A DNA stretch of 64,000 bases from an uncultured Alphaproteobacteria bacterium (GTDB lineage Bacteria; Pseudomonadota; Alphaproteobacteria; Rhizobiales; Xanthobacteraceae): positions 179,304-243,303 of the forward strand of contig CAVVGN010000005.1 in assembly GCA_963747855.1 (NCBI GenBank), read 5' to 3'. The notes below the pieces were generated by a model. The model was not told the origin of the DNA. It saw only the letters and a list, made by a program, of their open reading frames with translations, and did not search any database. Shown here piece after piece: positions 1 through 9,541 of the stretch (position 1 is the first letter of the stretch; every line of letters starts with the position of its first letter). The translations under genes were made by a program, and so were the position numbers.

Positions 1-404
1 ATCGAATGCCAGGCGAGCTCGTTATAGACGCGAATCTTGATGCGGTATCTCGGATCGGCGCCGCCGTAGAGGTCTTGCGCATAAAGCGTCTTGCCCTTGG
101 CGTGGGTGATGAAGTCTTCGAACAGCAGCTGGAATTTTTCCGGCGACAGCCGGCCGTTTTTCTCCCACCACACCGATTTCTCGGTCTGGGCGTCGACCAC
201 CACGAATTTGTCCTTGGGGCTGCGTCCGGTATGCGTACCGGTTTCGGCACAGAATGCGCCGCCGTTGACCAGCGAGCCTTCGCCATTGGCAATCGCGTGT
301 TCGGTGAGCACCGTATCGGGCAAATTCCAGCGGATCGCGGCGAGATTGTTCAAGCCAAATTTATCGGCTCCGTGGGCGCTGTTTCGCAGACCCGATTCTT
401 TCAC
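1..404 (-). CDS. pckA: Phosphoenolpyruvate carboxykinase (ATP), N-terminal part; gene continues beyond the window start
   Basis: Reverse translation from GTG (complement of cac at 402-404, preceded by GGAGG) gives VKESGLRNSAHGADKFGLNNLAAIRWNLPDTVLTEHAIANGEGSLVNGGAFCAETGTHTGRSPKDKFVV..., the typical alphaproteobacterial PckA N-terminus. Missing from the ORF track because the ORF is truncated by the window edge. Confidence 0.9.
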   Translation of the reverse strand, partial: MKESGLRNSAHGADKFGLNNLAAIRWNLPDTVLTEHAIANGEGSLVNGGAFCAETGTHTGRSPKDKFVVVDAQTEKSVWWEKNGRLSPEKFQLLFEDFITHAKGKTLYAQDLYGGADPRYRIKIRVYNELAWHS

Positions 405-607
405 GCTCGCCTCCGCAACGCGTCCGGCAGTGAGGCTGCCGGCGGTCTTTTTTGCGCCTCCAAGGAGGCCGAGTTCGCCCGCGGCCGGGCGCGCGACCCT
501 ATATCGGGCATCCTAGCATCTGCCAAGACCGACTCCCATCACATGGCTAACCGGGGAAAACCCTGTGCGTTCCTCGCGCTGCATTGCAGCAAGCGTACAG
601 GCGGGGA

Positions 608-1417
608 TTATTTGGCGCGCGCGGCCTTCGCCAGATCGACCACCGTCGCGCGTAGCTGCTCCGCGTTCACGACACGTTCGGCAAACGGCAGACGCAAGAT
701 GGCATCGTCGCAAGCGAGGTCGAGCCCTTCCGGATCGAGGCCGGTGAGCCGCCAGGCTCCGTCGTCGGCACCGAGCAGCTTGGTCGCATAGAGGCGGATC
801 GCGTCGGCGTGGTCTTCGTTCATATGCGCGAGCGCGCTTTCTTCCGCCGCGATCAAACTCGCCGCGCCGGACGTGTCAGTCATCAGCTCGGCGGCTTTCA
901 GATCGGCGGCGCGGGCAAAGCCGGCGTTGAGATGCGCGGATGCAATGCTCAGCCGCCAGAACCCGAAATCCGCAAAGCCGGCGTAAAGCTCCGACTTCGG
1001 GTGGCGCGCGCGGAACCGCCGGCGCAGACGCGGTTCGTCGCCAGCATCGCGCCGGATCGTTGCAAATTCACCGAGCACGGTCAGGCGCGGATGCGCGAGT
1101 GGATCGCCGCGCCCGCCGGACGAAACAAGCAGCGACGCGCGGGGGTCCTTTTCCAGATTGGCGGTATGAGTGGCTAGCCGCGAAATCAGTATGAGCGGCG
1201 AAGCGTCAACGTCGGTCGCAACGTTAACCAAAGAGGCGAACGGGTGACCGGTGTTGCGGTCGATGGTCGCAAGCGCCCCCGCCCTTGCCGCGCGCAACAG
1301 CGCCCGCGCGATCGCCTTGGCGTCAAAGTCGGTGGCCGGCGCGCCTTCGGGAAGGCGATCGGGCATCACACCCGGCAAAGCTGCAGCCTTGTCCGCTGTG
1401 GCTTCATCCGTGCTCAT
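608..1417 (-). CDS. HugZ/pyridoxamine-5-phosphate-oxidase-like FMN-binding protein with DUF2470-like C-terminus
   Basis: ORF 608..1486. Likely start is MSTDEATAD at 1417. Split-barrel-like N-terminal half (ALATIDRNTGHPFASLVNVATD...PRLTVLGE) and a C-terminal HMNEDHADA motif typical of DUF2470/HugZ-type proteins. Confidence 0.6.
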   Translation of the reverse strand: MSTDEATADKAAALPGVMPDRLPEGAPATDFDAKAIARALLRAARAGALATIDRNTGHPFASLVNVATDVDASPLILISRLATHTANLEKDPRASLLVSSGGRGDPLAHPRLTVLGEFATIRRDAGDEPRLRRRFRARHPKSELYAGFADFGFWRLSIASAHLNAGFARAADLKAAELMTDTSGAASLIAAEESALAHMNEDHADAIRLYATKLLGADDGAWRLTGLDPEGLDLACDDAILRLPFAERVVNAEQLRATVVDLAKAARAK

Positions 1418-1552
1418 TCCCACGTCCCGCCCATCGCGGTATTTGCCCCGATTTTGCCTTGTCTGGTCACACTTCCGCCCCCACATGAGGTTTCAAAGGC
1501 TTATGGGGCCGGGGCGATGCTGCTTGCGGCCGACTTATGCTAGAAGGCCGCC

Positions 1553-2248
1553 ATGCCGACAATCGCTCTGGTCGATGACGACCGCAATATCCTGACCTCA
1601 GTATCCATTGCGCTCGAGGCCGAAGGTTATCGCATAACGACCTATACCGACGGCGCCTCGGCGCTCGACGGCTTCAAGTCTGCGCCGCCCGATCTCGCCA
1701 TTCTGGATATCAAAATGCCGCGCATGGACGGCATGGAGACTTTGCGCCGGCTTCGGCAGAAATCGGATCTGCCAGTGATCTTCCTCACCTCGAAGGACGA
1801 GGAGATCGACGAATTGTTCGGCCTGAAAATGGGCGCGGACGATTTCATCCGCAAACCGTTTTCGCAGCGGCTATTGGTCGAGCGCGTCAAGGCCGTGCTG
1901 CGCCGCGTGTCGCCGAAAGACGGAACCACGCCGAAAGAGGCCGACAGCAAAGTACTCGAGCGCGGGCTGCTGCGCATGGATCCCGAGCGCCACACCTGCA
2001 CCTGGAAGAACGAGGCGGTGACGCTCACGGTCACCGAGTTTCTGATCCTGCACGCGCTGGCGAGCCGGCCCGGCGTGGTAAAGAGCCGCAACGCGCTGAT
2101 GGACGCCGCTTACGACGATCAGGTCTATGTCGACGATCGCACCATCGACAGCCACATCAAGCGGCTGCGCAAGAAGTTCAAGGCGAGCGACAACGAATTC
2201 GACATGATCGAAACGCTGTATGGTGTCGGTTATCGTTTTAAGGAATAA
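1553..2248 (+). CDS. chvI: OmpR-family two-component response regulator ChvI
   Basis: [26 protein letters not shown]...[18 protein letters not shown] receiver domain plus a winged-helix C-terminus (TVTEFLIL...YGVGYRF). Conserved pckA-chvI-chvG-hprK synteny. Confidence 0.9.
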   Translation: MPTIALVDDDRNILTSVSIALEAEGYRITTYTDGASALDGFKSAPPDLAILDIKMPRMDGMETLRRLRQKSDLPVIFLTSKDEEIDELFGLKMGADDFIRKPFSQRLLVERVKAVLRRVSPKDGTTPKEADSKVLERGLLRMDPERHTCTWKNEAVTLTVTEFLILHALASRPGVVKSRNALMDAAYDDQVYVDDRTIDSHIKRLRKKFKASDNEFDMIETLYGVGYRFKE

Positions 2249-2335
2249 GCGCCTGAGTGCGCAGGGCCGTGGACAACCGAATGTGATCCGTGGCGCAAAA
2301 TGGCTCCTGACTGGGACGGCTGACGTGCGGTAGTA

Positions 2336-4219
2336 ATGGCGTCCATGGCCGCAAGAGCGGACATGATCGGAACCCCGGCAGACGACGTGCTTGATCGAAC
2401 CGCGGAAATGGCAGGGGCCCCTGAGGCCCAATCGCTTGAAATAGCGCCGCAGATCGCGGCTGACGGCCTCGATGAGGCCGCGGCGCAGCCGCGTCCGAAC
2501 GGCTTGGCCCGTGTCGGCAGCTGGGTGCAGCGCGCCTGGCAATTTTTCATCACGCAGAGCTTCTCCAGCCTCACACGCCGCATTCTCTTTCTGAACCTCG
2601 CCGGACTGGTGGCGCTGTCCATCGGCTTTACGTTCCTTTCGCAGTTCCGCGCCGGCCTGATCGACGCACGCATCCAGAGTTTTTTGGTGCAGGGGCAAAT
2701 CATTGCCGCCGCGATCGCGGCGCAAGCGACCGTCGACACCGGCTCGGCGATCACCGTCGATCCGGACAAACTGCTCGATCTGCGTGCAGGCGAAAGTTAC
2801 GGTCCGTCCGAGGACGCGCTTTACGGCATCGATTTTCCGATCAATCCGGAGCGTGTGGCGCCGGTGCTGCGCCGGCTCGTCTCGCCGACCAAGACACGCG
2901 CGCGCATTTACGACCGCGACAGCGTTCTGCTAGTTGACAGCCGCAATCTCTTCGGCCGAGGCGATGTGCTGCGCTACGATCTTCCGCCGCCGAACGCCGA
3001 GAAACCCCGCATATTCGAGCGCGCCTACATCGCGGCGCGCCGCTGGCTCGGACGCGGCGATCTGCCGCTTTATCAAGATCTCGGCGCGCTGAGCGGACGC
3101 GGCTATCCGGAAGTGGCGCAGGCGCTGGCCGGCCAGAACGCCAGCATGGTGCGCATCAACGAGCGCGGCGACGTTATCGTCTCGGTCGCGGTGCCGGTGC
3201 AACGCTTCCGCGCCGTGCGCGGCGCGCTGATGCTATCCACTCAGGGCGCCGACATCGACGACATGGTCGAGGCCGAGCGGCTCGCCATCCTGAAAGTCTT
3301 TTTGGTTGCCGCCGGCGTGATGGTCGTGCTCTCAATCCTGCTCGCCGGCACGATCGCCGAACCGGTGCGGCGGCTGGCAGATGCCGCCGAGAGCGTCCGA
3401 CGCCGCATTCGCTCGCGCGTGGAGATTCCGGACTTTACCCGACGGCGCGACGAGATCGGCCATCTCTCCGGCACGTTGCGCGATATGACCAACGCGCTCT
3501 ACAGCCGCATCGAAGCGATTGAGAGCTTCGCGGCCGACGTCGCGCACGAACTGAAAAACCCGCTCACCTCGCTGCGCTCGGCGGTCGAGACCTTGCCGGT
3601 CGCCAAGACCGAGGAGAGCCGCGCGCGACTGCTCAATATCATCCAGCACGACGTCAGGCGGCTCGATCGGCTCATTTCCGACATTTCCGACGCAAGCCGG
3701 CTCGACGCCGAATTGCAACGGCAGGAGACAGCGCCGGTCGATTTGGCCAAGCTTCTCAACACGCTGGTCGGCGTCGCCAACGAGGTCAAGCGCGACGACG
3801 GCGTGCGCGTCACGCTGCGTTTCGAAGGCGGCGGCGGGCGCACATTCCAGGTGCCGGGACATGATTCCCGGCTTGGACAGGTGGTCGACAATCTGATCGA
3901 GAACGCGCGCTCCTTCTCGCCGCCGGAAGGGACGGTGCGCGTTACCTGTCGGCGACTTAAAAGTCATGTCGACATTCTGGTCGACGACGACGGCCCGGGT
4001 GTGCGGCCGGATGCGGTCGATAAGGTGTTCGAGCGTTTCTACACAGATCGCCCGCATCAGGGCTTTGGGCAGAATTCAGGTCTCGGACTTTCCATCTCCA
4101 AGCAGATTATCGAAGCGCATGGCGGCGCGATCTGGGTGGAAAACCGGACCGCGACCGGCGCAGACGGAAACCTGACCGTCACCGGCGCTCGGTTCGTTGT
4201 GCGTCTGCCTGCAGGCTGA
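2336..4219 (+). CDS. chvG: Sensor histidine kinase ChvG/ExoS
   Basis: 627 aa with two TM segments flanking a large periplasmic domain, a HAMP region, an H-box (FAADVAHELKNPLTSL) and N/G boxes (DNLIENA, DDGPG, GLGLSI). Stop overlaps the hprK start (TGATG). Confidence 0.85.
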   Translation: MASMAARADMIGTPADDVLDRTAEMAGAPEAQSLEIAPQIAADGLDEAAAQPRPNGLARVGSWVQRAWQFFITQSFSSLTRRILFLNLAGLVALSIGFTFLSQFRAGLIDARIQSFLVQGQIIAAAIAAQATVDTGSAITVDPDKLLDLRAGESYGPSEDALYGIDFPINPERVAPVLRRLVSPTKTRARIYDRDSVLLVDSRNLFGRGDVLRYDLPPPNAEKPRIFERAYIAARRWLGRGDLPLYQDLGALSGRGYPEVAQALAGQNASMVRINERGDVIVSVAVPVQRFRAVRGALMLSTQGADIDDMVEAERLAILKVFLVAAGVMVVLSILLAGTIAEPVRRLADAAESVRRRIRSRVEIPDFTRRRDEIGHLSGTLRDMTNALYSRIEAIESFAADVAHELKNPLTSLRSAVETLPVAKTEESRARLLNIIQHDVRRLDRLISDISDASRLDAELQRQETAPVDLAKLLNTLVGVANEVKRDDGVRVTLRFEGGGGRTFQVPGHDSRLGQVVDNLIENARSFSPPEGTVRVTCRRLKSHVDILVDDDGPGVRPDAVDKVFERFYTDRPHQGFGQNSGLGLSISKQIIEAHGGAIWVENRTATGADGNLTVTGARFVVRLPAG

Positions 4220-4680
4220 TGCCTCCGCAATCGACGACGGTGCACGCTTCCGCGGTCCTGGTCGGCGCGCGCGCCGTGTTGATCCGCGGGCCGTCCGGAT
4301 CCGGCAAGTCGCGGCTTGCGCTCGAACTGATTGAAGCCGGCCGCGCCGGCGCCTTGCGCCTGGTTCGGCTGGTCGCCGACGATCGCGTGCATCTTCAGGC
4401 GGCCGGGGGGCGGTTGCTGGCGCGCCCGGCCGAGACCTTGGCCGGCCTGATCGAGGTGCGCGGGGCCGGACACCTCCGGCTGCCGTATGAAGCGAGCACC
4501 GTCGTCGGCTTGGTGGTCGATCTTGCGGCCGCCGACGCGCATCGGCTGCCCGATGCCGCCCAGCGCAAGACGGAAATCGATGGTATTTCCTTGCCGCGAC
4601 TCGCCGTCGCAGCGGAGGCCGCGGCCTTGCCGGCCTTGCTGGCCGTCCTCAATAATTCATCGGCGGACGACTGGCTTTAG
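4219..4680 (+). CDS. hprK: Short-form HPr kinase/phosphorylase (alphaproteobacterial type, lacks the N-terminal domain)
   Basis: 153 aa with P-loop GPSGSGKS followed by LVADD and EVRG motifs. Sits directly downstream of chvG, as in other Rhizobiales. Confidence 0.85.
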   Translation: MPPQSTTVHASAVLVGARAVLIRGPSGSGKSRLALELIEAGRAGALRLVRLVADDRVHLQAAGGRLLARPAETLAGLIEVRGAGHLRLPYEASTVVGLVVDLAAADAHRLPDAAQRKTEIDGISLPRLAVAAEAAALPALLAVLNNSSADDWL

Positions 4681-4741
4681 CGCCGCTGGACTGCGGCTTG
4701 GAGATTGGTTAACCGCGGACGCCTAGATTTGGAAATGCGTC

Positions 4742-4761
4742 GGACCGGATTTGGCCGGTCC
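4742..4761 (+). other. 7-bp GC hairpin (GGACCGG-N6-CCGGTCC) in the 233-nt hprK/EIIA spacer
   Basis: Read directly from the sequence. No clear U-tract, so terminator function is uncertain. Confidence 0.3.
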
Positions 4762-4913
4762 TATTGCGGCCTCCACGCCAAGCATTGGCCCCGGTTACTG
4801 CAATGCAGCAGCCCCCGGATTTACGCGAAAATGCCCCTTGCGCTTGGGCTTCGGATGGTCAAGATGAGCACCCTTTCGTGCGGCGCAACCGGGACGCGCC
4901 CGCGAGGAGTTCT

Positions 4914-5315
4914 ATGATCGGACTTGTGCTTGTGACCCACGGGCGGCTGGCTGTCGAGTTCCGCTCGGCCCTGGAGCACGTCGTTGGTCCCCAGCACCAG
5001 ATCGAGGCAGTCACCATCGGGCCGGACGACGACGTCGAGGCCCGCCGCAAGGACATCATTGAGGCGGTGAAGCGCGTCGACACCGGCGATGGGGTTGCCA
5101 TCCTGACCGATATGTTCGGCGGCACCCCCTCCAATCTGGCCATCTCGGTAATGAGCCGCCCGAAGGTCGAGGTGCTGGCCGGCATCAATCTGCCGATGCT
5201 GGTCAAGCTCGCCAAAGTCCGCGACGAGTGCCCGCTTGCGGAGGCCGTCGCTGCCGCCCAAGATGCCGGACGGAAATACGTCACCATTGCCAGTCGGGTG
5301 CTCACCGGCAAATGA
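4914..5315 (+). CDS. manX: PTS EIIA component, mannose-type (regulatory PTS-Ntr-like branch)
   Basis: MIGLVLVTHGRLAVEF...DMFGGTPSN, with the phosphorylatable His in the THG motif. ATG at 4914 is preceded by GAGGAG; the longer ORF from 4764 has no homology-like N-terminus. Confidence 0.85.
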   Translation: MIGLVLVTHGRLAVEFRSALEHVVGPQHQIEAVTIGPDDDVEARRKDIIEAVKRVDTGDGVAILTDMFGGTPSNLAISVMSRPKVEVLAGINLPMLVKLAKVRDECPLAEAVAAAQDAGRKYVTIASRVLTGK

Positions 5316-5644
5316 GCACTCCGGCTCCCCGCAGCGAGGAATGCGCGGCCGGCGAGCAGCGATTCCGTGAAGGCGCGGTTGTCCGCAAGCTTGCCATCTG
5401 CAACCGTAAGGGGCTACACGCGCGCGCATCTGCCAAATTCGTGCAGACGGTGGAAAAATTCGATGCCGACGTGCGCGTCATGCGTTGCAGCGAAACGGTT
5501 GGCGGCACGTCGATTATGGGGTTGATGATGCTGGCCGCCTCGCCAGGCACTTCGATCACCGTCGAAGCAACCGGTAAAGAGGCGGCGGAAGTAATCGACG
5601 CGTTGACCAAACTGATCGACTCGCGATTTGGCGAAGATGACTAG
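5312..5644 (+). CDS. ptsH: Phosphocarrier protein HPr
   Basis: ICNRKGLHARASAKFV (His15 region) and GGTSIMGLMML (Ser46 region). ATG overlaps the EIIA stop (ATGA). Confidence 0.85.
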   Translation: MSTPAPRSEECAAGEQRFREGAVVRKLAICNRKGLHARASAKFVQTVEKFDADVRVMRCSETVGGTSIMGLMMLAASPGTSITVEATGKEAAEVIDALTKLIDSRFGEDD

Positions 5645-5681
5645 ACGCAAGCGTGCCATCACGCGGCGGAGGAGAAAATCA

Positions 5682-6029
5682 ATGGCTTCCGAAAAGGGTG
5701 AAACGACCGCAGCGAAAGGCCCTTCCGTACCAGCCGCCGCACGGCAGCAGGCAACGATCCGCTACATCGATCGTCCGGACGTCTCCGAAACTTTCGCCGA
5801 TGCGATCAGCGGCCTGGTTTTCGACGGCCAAACGCTCCGTATCGAATTCGCAGTCACCCGCCTCGACGAGGTCAAGCCGAATACGGCGATCACCGGCCGG
5901 CGCTATCCGATTTGCCGGCTTGCGTTGCCGCCCGCCGCAGCCATCGACCTGATCAACCGGGTACAGCAAATCGGCGCGGCGCTCGGTCAGGCCGGCGTGG
6001 CGCGAACCGCCCCCCCGGCCAAAAGCTAA
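5682..6029 (+). CDS. Conserved hypothetical protein
   Basis: ORF 5628..6029. ATG at 5682 is preceded by GGAGGAG and coding-like codon usage follows. No family recognised. Confidence 0.45.
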   Translation: MASEKGETTAAKGPSVPAAARQQATIRYIDRPDVSETFADAISGLVFDGQTLRIEFAVTRLDEVKPNTAITGRRYPICRLALPPAAAIDLINRVQQIGAALGQAGVARTAPPAKS

Positions 6030-6685
6030 CCGGCTTTTTCGCGCGCGTCGGTACGCGACGCCGCCACCGCAGCCTTGAGATCGGCGACGAAGGTCCGGTA
6101 GGCGGCACGCCGCTCTTCGTCATCCTCGATGCGCAGCAGCGCTGACGGATGGATCGTGATCACGAGCCGAGTGCCGTCCGCCAGTTTAAGCTTCTGACCG
6201 CGCACCTTGCCGATCATGACCGTGCGCCCGGTCAGGCTGCGCGCCGCGGTCGCCCCCAACGCGACGACGGTCGACGGCTTGACCAGGCCCCGCTCGACGT
6301 CGAGCCAGATCTTGCAACGCTCGATTTCGTAAGTGTTCGGCCGTTTGTGCAGCCGGCGTTTGCCGCGCAACTCGTGCTTGAAGTGCTTGACCGCGTTGGT
6401 GACGAATGTCTCTTCGCGCGCAATCCCGGCATCGTGCAGAGCACGGTCGAGAACGCGGCCGGCCGGCCCCACGAACGGCTTGCCGGCGGTATCTTCCTTG
6501 TCGCCCGGCTGCTCGCCCACCAGCATGAAGGTGGCGTGGCTTGGGCCCTCGCCTGGCACGGCCTGGGTGGCATCGCGATAAAGTGGGCAACGCGTGCAAC
6601 GCGCCTCATTGTCGGCGAGCTGGCGCAGCGATTTGATCTTGCCTGGAGCCTCAACGTCCATACCAGCAGAATACATTGCCGCCAT
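6026..6685 (-). CDS. Family-4-related uracil-DNA glycosylase of the UdgX type
   Basis: CTRCPL Fe-S cysteines, motif A GEQPGDKED, extra loop GKRRLHKRP (equivalent to the KRRIH loop of mycobacterial UdgX) and motif B HPSALLR. Confidence 0.8.
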   Translation of the reverse strand: MAAMYSAGMDVEAPGKIKSLRQLADNEARCTRCPLYRDATQAVPGEGPSHATFMLVGEQPGDKEDTAGKPFVGPAGRVLDRALHDAGIAREETFVTNAVKHFKHELRGKRRLHKRPNTYEIERCKIWLDVERGLVKPSTVVALGATAARSLTGRTVMIGKVRGQKLKLADGTRLVITIHPSALLRIEDDEERRAAYRTFVADLKAAVAASRTDAREKAG

Positions 6686-6700
6686 TCCGGTTCGGCCATA

Positions 6701-6722
6701 GACATAAAGGTATCTTTATGTC
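6701..6722. promoter_or_regulatory. Perfect AT-rich palindrome GACATAAAG-GTAT-CTTTATGTC in the divergent udgX/ahcY intergenic region; candidate operator
   Basis: 9-bp perfect inverted repeat with a 4-nt spacer, read directly. Compositionally anomalous in a GC-rich spacer. Confidence 0.35.
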
Positions 6723-6815
6723 TTAGTGCCGCCGCGTCGGCTCGGACGAGGCCGGCCGAGACCTTCCAACATGCCCGCTGTATAAGGACCCGCCAAGGAG
6801 CGCCGAAGGATTGTC

Positions 6816-8237
6816 ATGAGAACGTCAACCAAGCCGAAAGCAAAGCCCGCCGATTATGTCGTTAAGGACATTGGTCTTGCCGATTGGGGGCGAAAGGAAC
6901 TCGCCATCGCCGAAACGGAAATGCCCGGGCTGATGGCGACGCGGGAGGAATACGGGCCCGAGCAGCCGCTGCGCGGCGCGCGAATTGCCGGCTCGCTGCA
7001 TATGACCATTCAGACCGCGGTGCTGATCGAGACGCTCAAGGCGCTCGGCGCCGACGTGCGCTGGGCATCATGCAACATTTATTCGACGCAGGACCATGCC
7101 GCGGCCGCTGTCGCCGCCGCTGGCACGCCGGTCTTCGCCGTCAAAGGCGAGTCGCTGGAGGAGTATTGGGACTACACCCATCGCATCTTCGAATGGTCCG
7201 ACGGCGGCGGCCCGAACATGATCCTCGACGACGGCGGCGACGCGACGCTGCTGATGCACCTTGGCTCGCAGGCCGAGATGACTCCCAATGTGTTGCACCA
7301 TCCCAACAATGAAGAAGAAGAGGTGCTGTTCGCCGCAATCAAGAAGCGGCTGGTTCACCAGCCGGGCTGGTATTCAAAAACCGCGAAGCCCATCCGCGGC
7401 GTGACAGAGGAAACCACCACCGGCGTGCACCGCCTCTACCAGATGGAGAAGGAAGGCAAGCTGCTATTCCCGGCCATCAACGTCAACGACAGCGTCACCA
7501 AGTCGAAGTTCGACAACCTCTATGGCTGCCGCGAGTTGCTGGTCGACGGCATCCGCCGCGGCACCGACGTGATGATGGCCGGCAAGGTGGCGATGGTCGC
7601 CGGCTTCGGCGACGTCGGCAAAGGCTCGGCGGCGTCGCTCCGTCAGGCCGGCTGCCGCGTTCTGGTCTCGGAAATCGATCCGATCTGCGCACTGCAGGCG
7701 GCGATGGAAGGCTACGAGGTGGTGACCATGGAGGACGCGGTATCTCGCGCCGATATCTTCGTCACCGCTACCGGCAACGTCGACGTCATCACCATCGATC
7801 ACATGCGCCAGATGAAGCACCGCGCCATCGTCTGCAACATCGGCCATTTCGATTCCGAAATTCAGGTGGCGGCGCTGAAAAATCTCAAATGGGAGAACAT
7901 CAAGCCGCAAGTCGACGAGATCGAATTCCCCGACAAGAAGCGCATCATCCTGTTGTCGGAAGGCCGGCTAGTCAATCTCGGCAATGCCATGGGCCATCCG
8001 AGCTTCGTAATGTCATCGTCGTTCACCAACCAGACGCTGGCGCAGATCGAGTTGTGGACCAATCCCGGCAAGTATCAGAAGAAGGTCTACACTCTGCCCA
8101 AGCAGCTCGACGAGAAAGTGGCGCGGCTGCATCTCGACAAGATCGGCGTTAAGCTGACCAAGCTTTCCAACAAGCAGTCGACCTATATCGGTATCCCGGT
8201 CGACGGCCCGTTCAAGACTGACCATTACCGGTACTGA
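6816..8237 (+). CDS. ahcY: Adenosylhomocysteinase
   Basis: 473 aa: [29 protein letters not shown]...GHFDSEI...TDHYRY, a full-length canonical SAH hydrolase. Confidence 0.95.
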   Translation: MRTSTKPKAKPADYVVKDIGLADWGRKELAIAETEMPGLMATREEYGPEQPLRGARIAGSLHMTIQTAVLIETLKALGADVRWASCNIYSTQDHAAAAVAAAGTPVFAVKGESLEEYWDYTHRIFEWSDGGGPNMILDDGGDATLLMHLGSQAEMTPNVLHHPNNEEEEVLFAAIKKRLVHQPGWYSKTAKPIRGVTEETTTGVHRLYQMEKEGKLLFPAINVNDSVTKSKFDNLYGCRELLVDGIRRGTDVMMAGKVAMVAGFGDVGKGSAASLRQAGCRVLVSEIDPICALQAAMEGYEVVTMEDAVSRADIFVTATGNVDVITIDHMRQMKHRAIVCNIGHFDSEIQVAALKNLKWENIKPQVDEIEFPDKKRIILLSEGRLVNLGNAMGHPSFVMSSSFTNQTLAQIELWTNPGKYQKKVYTLPKQLDEKVARLHLDKIGVKLTKLSNKQSTYIGIPVDGPFKTDHYRY

Positions 8238-8255
8238 GCCGTCGCTGCACGTCAC

Positions 8256-8277
8256 GGCCCGCCGGCACCGGCGGGTC
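8256..8277 (+). terminator. GC-rich hairpin downstream of ahcY (possible terminator, no U-tract)
   Basis: GGCCCGCCGG-CA-CCGGCGGGTCC, read directly. Confidence 0.3.
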
Positions 8278-8293
8278 CATAGGGGAAGGCGAA

Positions 8294-9523
8294 GTGCCGC
8301 TTCGATTGCCTCAGCAGCGGCTGCACGTGACGCTGCTGAGCTTGCTGGAAAGATTTCCCTGGTTCGGCTGGGCGATCTGGATCGTCATCGTCGTCGCGGT
8401 GCTGCTGCGCACACACCCGCGCCGTTACGGCGCCGCTTTCGGTTATTACTTCGACTTCGCGGCCAAGCTATGGGCCGAGCAGCCGGTCTATAATCCCGCG
8501 ACGCTGGGCGACGTCAGCTACTGGCCGACATCGCTCTTGCTGATGGTTCCGCTTTTGCGGCTCGGCGAAACGCCGGCGGCGGCCGTGTCATTTTCGATCT
8601 TTGCCGCGCTCCTGACCTGGGGCGCCGTCGCGTTCACCCGCGCGCTTTTTGACGACCGGCCGGGGGCAATCTGGATTGCCGGCCTGCTGCTCGCGGTCAA
8701 TGTCTGGGCCGGCTGGTATCACTTCAAGCACGTGCAGCTGCAGATTCCGATGGTGGCCGGCATGATGCTGGCGACCGCGGCGATCATGCGCGGGCGCTAT
8801 CAGCCGGCGTCGCTTTGGTTCAGCCTTGCGTTGATCGTAAAACCGCTAGCGCTCGTGATGATCGTGCTCGCGGGCGCGCTGGTCCCACGCATGCGGTTGC
8901 TGCTGATTGCCGGCATCGTGGGGGCCGCACTGCTGCCGTTTGCCTTCCTGCATTGGGATTATTTGATCGGACAATATCAGGCGTTGGGAATGAAACTTTG
9001 GGCGGTGGCGACCGCCCGGCCCGGCGAATGGATATATCAAGCGGATTTCACCACACTGCTTCGAGGCCTCGGTATCGCGCTGCCCGGAAAAGTAACGTTT
9101 GCCATCCGGCTCGCGGTCGCCGTCGGCACGCTTTGGCTGGCCTGGCGCGTGCGCGAGACTGGCGACCGTAAAGCTTTCGCGCTCGCGCTATTGATGCTGT
9201 CGGGCCTCTACATCACCTTGTTCGGCCCGCGTAATGAAAACGTGTCGTATCTGGCGGTGACGCCGGCCATCTCCGCCGTCGCCTTTCTGATGGTGCTGCG
9301 CAACAGCGCCGATCTGCGCGGCTGGCTCTTGATCGCGGCCTGCCAGGCTCTCGGCTACGTCGTCAGCGTGCCGGTCGACGTTGTGACCAAGCCTGCGATC
9401 ATCGTCGTGATTTACGTTTGGATGGCGGCCTTGATGATTCAGCCGCGCCGCTGGTGTGCGCTGATGCCTGCCGCGAAGCCCCCGCCAACCGCTCCCGCGA
9501 CCGTCGCCAACGCGCCGACATAG
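8294..9523 (+). CDS. Polytopic membrane glycosyltransferase, GT-C fold (DUF2029/GT87-like)
   Basis: 409 aa with about 10 or more hydrophobic segments. The pattern resembles DUF2029 polyprenyl-phosphate-sugar-dependent transferases. GTG start is preceded by GGGGAAGG. Confidence 0.5.
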   Translation: MPLRLPQQRLHVTLLSLLERFPWFGWAIWIVIVVAVLLRTHPRRYGAAFGYYFDFAAKLWAEQPVYNPATLGDVSYWPTSLLLMVPLLRLGETPAAAVSFSIFAALLTWGAVAFTRALFDDRPGAIWIAGLLLAVNVWAGWYHFKHVQLQIPMVAGMMLATAAIMRGRYQPASLWFSLALIVKPLALVMIVLAGALVPRMRLLLIAGIVGAALLPFAFLHWDYLIGQYQALGMKLWAVATARPGEWIYQADFTTLLRGLGIALPGKVTFAIRLAVAVGTLWLAWRVRETGDRKAFALALLMLSGLYITLFGPRNENVSYLAVTPAISAVAFLMVLRNSADLRGWLLIAACQALGYVVSVPVDVVTKPAIIVVIYVWMAALMIQPRRWCALMPAAKPPPTAPATVANAPT

Positions 9524-9541
9524 CGCAGGCGCGCTAATGCG

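Noticed and set aside
6723-6815. Possible SAH riboswitch in the ahcY leader
   Set aside because: The leader contains GGCTCGGAC and AGGAGCGC-like strings. However, their order and pairing do not reproduce the SAH-element architecture as I remember it, and that element is mainly found in beta- and gamma-proteobacteria. A covariance-model search (Rfam RF01057) would settle it.
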